Part shown: positions 1-8,983 of the stretch, one piece after another
Layout: every line of letters starts with the position of its first letter
Numbering within the stretch: position 1 is the first letter of the stretch
Assembly (NCBI GenBank): GCA_024626585.2
Contig: JANKJI020000002.1
Coordinates: 199,345,116 to 199,364,679, forward strand
Reading direction: 5' to 3'
DNA length: 19,564 nucleotides
Source: Ginkgo biloba
Lineage: Eukaryota; Plantae; Ginkgophyta
Translations under genes and position numbers: made by a program
The notes under the pieces: model-generated
Database searches by the model: none
Told to the model about the DNA's origin: nothing
The model's input: the letters and a program-made list of their open reading frames with translations, nothing else

Positions 1-787
1 AACTCTAAAAATGTTCAAATTTGTACATAAATCCTCTCTTTTTAGGATAGGGTCTTCTTTTATCTCCATATGGGTTCGTTGCTTTTTCTTCACAACATTC
101 CCTCCCCCTTTGATGGAAAAACCTTTGAAATATTTTTAGTTGTGACTTGGGTCACAACATGGTATTTTGGTGGACATGTGGCATTAACAAAGATATATAT
201 CTATAGAAAATGACAACAAAGAATATAAATTGTAAATCAAAACAACAATCTACAAGCACTCTTGAATTCAGTGAATAAAATCNNNNNNNNNNNNNNNNNN
301 NNNNNNNNNNNNNNNNNNNNNNNNNNNNNNNNNNNNNNNNNNNNNNNNNNNNNNAATAGATTAATAATTCTCAATTTCTAATAATACTTCTATGAGAATG
401 ATCTCAATACATAATTTTATAAAAAAATGTTAGGCTAAACTTACTAACCCTAGTTCTAAATTAGAAAGAGATATCCAGGCTACTTTCCTTAATAGTTGGT
501 TAGTTGAAAATAACTAATCATTTAATTTTAAGAAATAGAACCTATCCTAAATGAATGATGANNNNNNNNNNNNNNNNNNNNNNNNNNNNNNNNNNNNNNN
601 NNNNNNNNNNNNNNNNNNNNNNNNNNNNNNNNNNNNNNNNNNNNNNNNNNNNNNNNNNNNNNNNNNNNNNNNNNNNNNGTGCACTATATGGCCTTAGTTG
701 CATAAATCTTACAAAATAATGAGTAATTAATTTAATGCATTTATATGGGAACAAGTAGATAGGAAAAGATGATAGTTATTCATACCA
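1..787 (-). repeat. 3' LTR (partial, two N gaps)
   Basis: Homologous to ~3140-3725 from about 165 onward, with weaker similarity over 1-165. It ends ...CATACCA at 787, directly next to the PPT. Confidence 0.75.
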
Positions 788-801
788 ATTCCTCCTTGCT
801 T
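788..801 (-). other. Polypurine tract
   Basis: The minus strand reads AAGCAAGGAGGAAT, followed immediately by the TG of the 3' LTR. Confidence 0.65.
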
Positions 802-2162
802 ATGTATGGAATGGTATCCATTACAACTTGAATTAAAATGATAACCCTTAAGTGTCCATAGATGGATCATGCATATGTTGGGTATCCTAAGAAGATTTGG
901 TGAAGAGTAGTGTGGGAAGTGATGTAANNNNNNNNNNNNNNNNNNNNNNNNNNNNNNNNNNNCCTCCTGCCCCAATTTTTTATGCTCAAGTGTAGAAGGC
1001 ATATTTTGAAGTGAAGAGGAAAAATAAAATTTGTAGATAATGAAGATTATTTTACCTTTATAGAAGACTTCTTCTTCTTTTGGGCATGTGACTTTCTTTG
1101 AGAAAGATCGTGGTCCTCTTTTCCTTTATCCCTAGATTCACTTTGTAGAGAAAATAGAGTGGTCTCCTCCTCACCTTTGTATTATTCATGGTCCTCCCAT
1201 GAACATGTATGTGATAGAGTAAGGTTCATGCATGTGAGAGAGCTTATAGTTTCCTTTGATACTAAGTGCATCACTAGAGGTATTTTCCTTTCAAAAGGAA
1301 GANNNNNNNNNNNNNNNNNNNNNNNNNNNNNNNNNNNNNNNNNNNNNNNNNNNNNNNNNNNNNNNNNNNNNNNNNNNNNNNNNNNNNNNNNNNNNNNNNN
1401 NNNNNNNNNNNNNNNNNNNNNNNNNNNNNNNNNNNNNNNNNNNNNNNNNNNNNNNNNNNNNNNNNNNNNNNNNNNNNNNNNNNNNNNNNNNNNNNNNNNN
1501 NNNNNNNNNNNNNNNNNNNNNNNNNNNNNNNNNNNNNNNNNNNNNNNNNNNNNNNNNNNNNNNNNNNNNNNNNNNNNNNNNNNNNNNNNNNNNNNNNNNN
1601 NNNNNNNNAAATACCAGTTCTTGGGTGCTTTAATATGAAATAACATTCACATATAAGCAAACAACTGTTTTATATTAATATACCTCGATGTGGGGTTATA
1701 TCTCTGTTTAGAGAAGATCACATGGATTTATCTAGAAGGATCTCTTTGGGAGGTCGGTGTTAAAGTATAGTCTTATTATACATCAGAATAATGATTGTAA
1801 TTTTTGTTACTTCTTATAATTGTAGCACTAAACTATGTCATAGACAAAAAAATTATAAAATTTATAATATTTATGCTTCTTAGAATTACAGGAACATTTA
1901 TATTTGGAGGAACTCCCTTTTGATCTTTCTTCTGACTCTTTCCCCTTGGTTTTAGATGAAGTCCCTTGATGGGTAGCATCTAGCTTCATCTTTTGAGGCA
2001 TAGGTGAAATATGTTTCCAAGGTTGAAACTTCCACAAATTCTAATTCCTTCTCAATAGAGGAATAAATTCTAATGACAAACTTTAAAATATTCTCTACTC
2101 AAATTCTTCCTTGGCTAGTTTGATACTAAGAAGAATATAGGTGCTACTATACTATTATTTCC

Positions 2163-2474
2163 TTGACCCCTCTCTTTCCTCAAATGATGCCACTTTATCT
2201 TTAGGTTTTTGAAGTAGTCATTTGGATAAAATCTCCCTTATATTTTTCTATTAAATTCTTCCTAACCTATAATAGGTGGGTTACCTATAGCTTCATGTGT
2301 ATAGAAAGGTAAATTTGACCATAATAATGGATCACCTATCATCCTTATCTTTGTAATAAAAATATTTTGTTCACTAGAATATGACTAAACCTCAAAGTAT
2401 ACCTTAAGATCTTAGATCCAATCATCTAATACTTCTTTATCAATCACTCCACCATATGGCTTGATCTCCATCTT
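2163..2474 (-). pseudogene. Ty3/gypsy gag (Retrotrans_gag-like) remnant
   Basis: My translation, 104 codons in one frame: KMEIKPYGGVIDKEVLDDWI*DLKVYFEV*SYSSEQNIFITKIRMIGDPLLWSNL...PPIIG*EEFNRKI*GRFYPNDYFKNLKIKWHHLRKERGQ. This fits the gypsy gag pattern EIP.YDG.LD...LDW...E.YF / A.LWW / W.EF...RF.P.DY...W..LRQ, with four in-frame stops. Confidence 0.85.
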
Positions 2475-2753
2475 GGTGTCTACTTTGATTAGAGGTGTAG
2501 ACTACATCGTCTAATGAGTAGGTAATTGACCTTACATGGAACTCATATTTTGGATCACCTATGATATTTGGTCATACTACTATCAAATATAATCTTATTG
2601 ATACTAAATCATCTCTTTAAAGTTATTCCTTGCAGGAAGATTACCAAAAACTAATAAATATTCCTTCTCTAGACCCATCGTCCTCCTTGCTTACGTTAGC
2701 ACTCAATACAAGGAAAATAATAAACAAAAAAAATCTAAAAAATTAGGATCTAT

Positions 2754-2765
2754 GCTCTAATACCA
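2754..2765 (-). other. Primer binding site, initiator tRNA-Met type
   Basis: The minus strand reads TGGTATTAGAGC, one mismatch from the canonical plant TGGTATCAGAGC, adjacent to the LTR end. Confidence 0.85.
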
Positions 2766-2767
2766 AT

Positions 2768-3725
2768 TGGTGTGTCATATTTATGGATCGTTGAAGAATA
2801 ATCTCATAAATGTGTGTGAAAGACTTACAATTGGATACACCTAAGTAGATCTAGAAGCTCAAATAAGGAATTTTCTTCTTCTGGATGATGACATAGGTTT
2901 GTCTGAGATGGTTGGATCTAGATTGATCTTAGTTGCAATGACAATCTAAGATGATCTACTTTATAGGTTGAACTATAGAATCACCATGCTTTTCTCTTGA
3001 ATGTTGTGACTTTCTCTTATATGCCATGCCTTTCCCTATATATGCCACATATTTTTTGAATGCATTCACTATATTTTTTTCCTCAACATCGTGTCTTCTT
3101 CCTTGAATCATGAAAACTCAAAATTAGATGAACTCAATCTTTCGGTTGAGACATGGCATGAATAGAGATATGGATATATAAACAATAACAACAAAATAGA
3201 TATATTATAAACTAAACAAGAATCTACAAACAATTATGAATTCTAATAAACAAAATCCACACTTAATTTTGACTCCTAGGGTTGCAAGACAAAAGTTGAT
3301 AATTAGATTAATTAATTGGTAATTTTGAATCTCTAATAATACGGTATGAGAATGATCTCAATACATAACTTTATAAGAGAAACTTATGTTAAGTTTAGTA
3401 AACATATTTCTAAATTAGAAAGTGCTATCTATGCTACTTTCCTTGGTTACTTAACAATTTCAAAAATATATAATCACTTATTTTAGGAAATAGACTCTAT
3501 CCTAAATGAATGATGATTGTAGGGTGTGCACCCTTGAACCAATCATAAACTAGATAGTTAGACAATTCTACTTAATCTATTAATTAATTACTCAAATAAT
3601 TGATTTGTCAATCTAAGTGCATCACATGGCCTTAGTTGCATAAATCTTACAAAATAATGAGTAATTAATTTAATGTATTGATATGGGAACAATAAGATGA
3701 GCAAAGCCAATTATTACTCATATCA
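2768..3725 (-). repeat. 5' LTR (~958 bp, TG...CA)
   Basis: TG at 2768-2769 is 2 nt from the PBS, and CA at 3724-3725 is where homology to the left copy stops. Blocks shared with the left copy include TATGAGAATGATCTCAATACATAA, CTATCCTAAATGAATGATGA and ATGGCCTTAGTTGCATAAATCTTACAAAATAATGAGTAATTAATTTAATG. Confidence 0.8.
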
Positions 3726-4608
3726 TAAATAGAGAGGTATATATCTAAGCAAAATCGTATGTAAAGAGGTTGAATAACTTTTACACTATGACTCAAAAGG
3801 GAAGCCAATACTTCTCAACGCCTTTAGTGATGTATGCGTTGATGATGGAAATGATCAATAAACTTGCATCGGTAGATCAAAATATTTGGCAAAGAGGTGG
3901 GGCTTGCACCACTCTAGATAGGTATGCTAACTACAAAGTAGATGAACTCAAAAGCATAAGCCTTCTAGTCATATTGTTTCCCCGAATTATGGAGCTAAAA
4001 TGATGATTTAGTACTTGCCTCAACCCTGGTAGATTATGGAAAAAGGTGGACATACTTGGGAGCATGTATTTGTGCTTGTCAACCCTTTTAAACCATTTCA
4101 AATTTGCCTTCTTTTCAACCTTTATTTTTTTCACTTGCATTGGTGGCTATAGCATATAAAATATTTGTGTTTGTACCTTTTTAAAATCTTTAGCTTATAG
4201 ATTTGAAAGTCCATTATTTCTCCTTGTAGACGAATTGGGCTATCTTTCCTTTATAGGGTTTGTATAGTATCTATCCTTTTATTCATATTATATTAGGAGT
4301 AAACCTTCTTTTGTTTGTTTGATTTATTCCATATATTCTAGTGAGGTGATTCTTTCTCCATATAGTAATATGGGTAGCTAGAATATGGAGATTAAAAAAT
4401 TCTCCTATATTAAACATTTGTATGTAGCTCAATAAATGGCCATTGTCTAATTCTATATCTATAATTCATGAGAAACGTTCTACCAATAATGAATGGCATT
4501 AAAATAAAGACAAAAGACATCAACTATAGTTTACAAATTTAACGTGCGACCCTCTAACAAAAACTTGCTTATAAGAAGCTTTTTGGACTAAAATGAAACC
4601 TTGGTAAG

Positions 4609-6871
4609 TTGACCAAGTAAGGCCCTAGGTTCACATCCTCAAGTGTATCTCCCTCGATAAAGCCCATTTTAACACGTATGTGCACGTGATGGCTCCACTA
4701 GCTTTGAAATTATAACCACATGTTGCTAGGTGTCAAACAACATCACTCTAAACTCACTTCATCATATTGCTTAGCATAGTATAAGTAGGTCAAGTCCTGA
4801 ACTTTGATTCATTTTGGTAGAAATAGAAACAAAATTGATGAGAGTTTCTATTGATTTTGTAAATTAAAAGGCAAGTGCACCAAGATGGCTAGTCCTTGTT
4901 CTGGTTAAGTAGGTGGCAATAAGAAAAGTAAATTGCATAAATCAATTTCGATTAAAGTGTAACAAAGAGTAGATAAAAAATTCACAATGAGACTAGAAAT
5001 AGACCTAAGAGTAGTACTATGTCAACTAGACATGCTGCTAAAAAACCGTGAGTCCAATGTCCATACCTTTGGGCAAGGACAATATAACAAAAACAACAAA
5101 AAGTGCCCATTGTAATAGGTGTGTACCAAACCCACTTGTTCTTGGAATGTCTCTCATGTTTTTTCATAGATGAGAACTATACTTACCAAAGAAAAAGAAA
5201 TAGGACTTTGCACTGATTCTACTTTAACGTTGCAAAATACTTTTGTAACCAGACTCTTTTTAAATAGAGCAAATAAAAATGCAATTATTCTTTTAAAGCT
5301 GAACACATGACGATAGCCATTGTGGAGGGCACATAAATGTAACTATGAAACTGACATTATGCTTCCACAAATTGTTCCAAATACAAATTATGGCACTAAG
5401 AATCTTATGGGCATCATCAAAACAATCTAGGAACTCATCATGAACAAAACCTGACTGTCTTTCTTATAATTACAGCAATCATCAGGCAGTCAGGGATCTG
5501 GTTCCATTGGAATATGGACTTAAATTTGGCGTTTCTGATTCTTTTTCATTTTCCTCTGTATCCGATCACAGGCAATAAGGAATCCAACTTTTTAGATTTA
5601 TGCAGTAAATGAATTTGTACTTGAAAAGAAAAAAACTGTTAAGCTTAAAATTCATTTGAGGGTGTGTTAAAAAAAACAAAAAAGAGAAAATTATGTGTGA
5701 GGAATTGTAGATACACATGGTTGACTTTTGATGTATTGATGACATTAGCAGTAGAGTCCTTCTGACTGCATTGTCTGTGTCAATGTCATGCACGTGAAAC
5801 ATCGGTTAGGTGATCTATCACTCAGTCCAACAGCTCTCACGTTCAGACAAAGAGAAAACTGAGTGGTACAACTCCATTGTCGTCTTCTATTTATTGTCTA
5901 TTTAGGTGTTGTCGGTATTCACATTTCTTATTACTCACTGTTTGACTTTGAAACCCAAATGCATTATCATCATCAAGGTTGACTAGGACATTGGATTGTG
6001 TAAATTTATTTCTGCATATATTTTCATAAATAATTATGATTTTCTGTATACGTTAAATGATACATGCAAATAACATAATTTTAAAAATGCATAAAGAACA
6101 CATACCTATGGCAAAACTCACCTCAAGAATGATGNNNNNNNNNNNNNNNNNNNNNNNNNNNNNNNNNNNNNNNNNNNNNNNNNNNNNNNNNNNNNNNNNN
6201 NNNNNNNNNNNNNNNNNNNNNNNNNNNNNNNNNNTTGCATTCACCCAGGTCTATCTCCCATTGGAATTTTGGCGAGGGCTTGGCAATGAAACTAAATGTT
6301 AACTAATGGTGGGTCTTGAGTGCAGAGCCCACCATTAACAACAATTAATAGATTATAACATGCATTAATTACATAGAATCCTCATAACTATAATGCACGA
6401 GCATCGATACACATAAATTGGGTTAGAAATCTTCATTTATTACTTCATAAATGATGGTACATCAATGCATGTGTTAAGGAATGATCTTTCACATCAAACC
6501 CTAGAAGACACAACTCAACTCTCACATTTGGATGTCTCATTCTCTCTCTTATTTAATGCTTTCTCCCTCTTGATAAATGATAAAACATGTCTTTTTAAAG
6601 TCAAATGACAAAACCCTAATGTTTTGACCTTTCATTTAATGCATTTGTCCTTTCATTAATGCATTGTAATTTATGCGCCCTTATAGGTCCAATTAGTGTG
6701 CCTTTATTATGAGCATTTAATGTGTCTTAATGCTCTAGTTAATAAGATTTTTTTTCTCTTTTGTAAGGGAGGGCCCAGTTGAATTTTTCTTCTGTACGGC
6801 CTCAATTTATTGTGGCTTGCTACACTGATTGCCATAGATTTTCATGGTGTTCACAAGTCAACCCCTTTGAC
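4609..6871. promoter_or_regulatory. W-box (TTGACY)-rich region upstream of WRKY, with G-box/ABRE, RY and telo-box motifs
   Basis: TTGACY or its complement occurs at 4609, 4788, 5721, 5942, 5979, 6599, 6624 and 6856. CACGTG occurs at 4683 and 5791, and AAACCCTAA at 6611. These are motif matches only; function is untested. Confidence 0.45.
6340..6770. repeat. Dispersed repeat copy A, upstream of WRKY (unclassified non-coding TE relic)
   Basis: Collinear similarity with ~14300-14740: GCACGAGCAT/GCATGAACAT, AATGATGGTACAT/AATGATAGTACAT, TCACATCAAACCCTAG/TCACACCAAGCCCTAG, ACTCTCACATTTGG/ACTCTCACATCTAG and ATGCGCCCTTAT/ATGTGCCCTTAT. Confidence 0.65.
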
Positions 6872-7175
6872 ATTTTTTTATCTCCTTTGAGTACTGTTGT
6901 TACTCAATTTTTAACAGCCCAATCCCACGATTCAAATATTGCATTAATCCCACATCCACTCCACTATAAGATAACCTAAGTGTCATCCCATATCCCTTAG
7001 TCATGCATCCTTATCTTTTTGTCCTTGGAGTGTGTGGGTGTGTGTATGTTCTTCCCATCTTTGAATTCTTCTTCGTTGGTTGTGTTATATATTGATAGAG
7101 TTGCTTCATTGCAGGCATCTGATCTTGGGTTTATATAAATCTGTTTTCCTGCAACAACAGCCATTATTCTGTGAT

Positions 7176-7897
7176 ATGGGTGTGGAGGATTGTTCTGGGA
7201 AAAGGAAACAAGGTGAAATATCTGATTGTTGGGATTACTGCCTTCCTAGACTAAAGAAATTCCATGCATCATCATCATCTTCTGAGGCTCAGAACAATGC
7301 TATGGATTCTCCATCAGATGGGTATAGTTTAGATGATACGGTTGCTTTCAGTGTTTTAATGAAAGAGTTTATTCATCAGAATGTTGATGTGTCTGAGAAA
7401 GAAATAGGATATTGTTGTAATTCTTCTGTAGATCAGAGTACCCAATTCTACAACAGTATTCAGCCTGCAACCCTTCAACAAGAATTAACTCAAGGTGATT
7501 TAGATGAGCTTCTGCAGAACATCTTGACCGAAGAAACACATGAAGAAATGTTTCCAGTCCCAGCAGTACAATCAGTAACAACAGAAACAACAGCAATGGC
7601 GGATTTGAAGTCTTTTGAACAAATGGGTTCCAGTAGTCAAGCAAGTCTGTATTCTGGGCCAACTCTCACAGATGTGAAATCTGCTCTATCTCAGTATTCC
7701 AAACAGGATCATGGATCAGTTTCTACCTTAGACATGAGCACATCAGCCTCTTCAACAGCTTCTTCCTTGCTGTTCAATTCCTTATCTCCTGATGATTTAC
7801 GAGCACATAGATCAGACTCTTGGCTCCCCACTTCTGCTCTAAACATGGATCGGGACATCATTTCCGGGGGCACCTATGGAAGCTTTTCAAATTCAAT
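7176..7897 (+). CDS. WRKY49: WRKY coding exon 1 (N-terminal Ser/Gln/acidic region)
   Basis: The first ATG of the 7080-7901 open frame is at 7176 ([11 protein letters not shown]...). A strong donor AT|GTAAGT lies at 7898 (phase 2). The exon contains the YSGPT..DV..ALS motif. The true start could be further upstream. Confidence 0.85.
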
Positions 7898-8983
7898 GTA
7901 AGTTCCGATACTTCTCAGTATGCATGGTTAAATTAGATTTTAAGCATTCACCGCAATGTTTCTATAACGCATATATATACTCTAATCTATTTCTCATTTC
8001 ATTCATTATTATCATATGAGACATGTTGCTTATCTGACAGTTCAAATTATATGGGTTTCTATGATCAGAAATGCATTATTCTACAAAAGATTGCAGAAGG
8101 CTAGAAACGAGCCCAAGTATTCACTTAAGATAAAANNNNNNNNNNTCCGGGACTACTGTAGATGATGGATACAAATGGAGAAAGTATGGTCAGAAGGCCA
8201 TAAAAAATAGCCCTCATCCCAGGTATTTATTTCATTCTCCCACTACCAAAATTAGCCAATTTTATATTACTTTCTAGGGACGCCCAATAAATACTCATAT
8301 TAGATTTCTTAGATTCTCAATAAATATATATACGCAATACAACAGTGTAATAGTATATAGGACTAATGATATGAGTTGACTTTGTTAGGAAAAAAAATTG
8401 TAATAAATCTGCCATGAAGTGCCGTTGAGAAAATCATGTTTTGTGCAGGAGTTACTACAGATGCACAAATCCTAGATGTTCTGCCAAGAAGCAGGTAGAG
8501 AGGTCGGTGGAGGATCCAGAGACCATTACCATTACATATGAAGGGCTTCATCTCCACTATTCCTACTCTCACATACAGTTGAGCCAACCACCCAACTATT
8601 ATAATAATAATAATGACCATCGTCATCCTCATGTGACCACTGAGGAGGATGAGGAGCAGCAGCAGCATAAACTGCCAGAGAATGGATATATTAATATTGA
8701 TGAAAGAAATACTGACGCAATGCAAGCACTGCCCTCATTCAATGCTTGTATGGAAGATTCACCCACCCATCAATCTCAACAACCCCAAGAAGAACAATGT
8801 GTATTGAGCTGCAGCGATGGTTATAACTGGGATGTGTTTGGTGGACATATTGGAGTGGGTGAAGAATGTGGTGGGGGACTAGGCCGTGGAGATGGACTTC
8901 TCCAAGACATTGTTCCTCTTGGAATAATAAATCCTTCGTCTTCTTCCTCTTCCTCCTCTTCGTCCTTTTATTCTTCCCCATAG
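7176..8983 (+). CDS. WRKY49: WRKY transcription factor, WRKY49-like (group IIc type); join(7176..7897,8069..8222,8449..8983), about 470 aa
   Basis: The spliced translation gives ...EPKYSLKIK-(gap)[26 protein letters not shown]/[36 protein letters not shown], a single WRKY domain with C-X4-C-X23-H-X-H. Both introns are GT-AG (7898-8068, 8223-8448); the second splits the Arg codon (R-type WRKY intron). The motifs [22 protein letters not shown] and C-terminal GLLQDIVP recall angiosperm WRKY49-like proteins. The symbol is from recalled similarity; orthology was not tested. Confidence 0.93.
8069..8222 (+). CDS. WRKY49: WRKY coding exon 2 (WRKYGQK), missed by the ORF track; contains a 10-N gap at 8136-8145
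   Basis: Acceptor ATCAG|A ends at 8068 and restores frame with exon 1 ([22 protein letters not shown]). After the gap it reads [27 protein letters not shown]|GTATTT, with the donor at 8223. Confidence 0.92.
8449..8983 (+). CDS. WRKY49: WRKY coding exon 3 (zinc finger and C-terminal tail)
   Basis: Acceptor TTTTGTGCAG|G ends at 8448. The exon reads [10 protein letters not shown]...HLH, then poly-N, poly-[10 protein letters not shown] and a poly-Ser tail, with TAG at 8981-8983. Confidence 0.95.

Larger units (their letters stand above)
1..3725 (-). mobile_element. Degenerate, internally deleted Ty3/gypsy LTR retrotransposon (gag only visible); 3' LTR runs off the left edge of the window
   Basis: Direct repeats at ~165-787 and ~3140-3725 end at homologous CA termini. 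On the - strand the order is LTR, PBS (2754-2765), gag remnant (2163-2474), PPT (788-801), LTR. The internal region is only about 2 kb. Confidence 0.85.

Noticed and set aside
1828-2037. ORF 1828-2037 as an independent gene
   Set aside because: It lies inside the LTR element downstream of the gag core on the same strand, and is best explained as a decayed basic gag C-terminus.
4585-4645. tRNA/SINE-like B box (AGGCCCTAGGTTCACATCC)
   Set aside because: The B box is imperfect, and there is no convincing A box, cloverleaf, tail or TSD.
7080-7175. TTG start at 7080 for exon 1 (and TTG 8441 for exon 3)
   Set aside because: These non-ATG starts come from a prokaryote-style ORF caller. Position 8441 is intronic, and the first ATG is at 7176.
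8038-8096. Alternative exon 2 acceptors at 8040 (GACAG) and 8096 (TGCAG)
   Set aside because: Both are out of frame with the phase-2 donor at 7898 and lose KYSLKIK; the 8040 site gives a stop at 8102.
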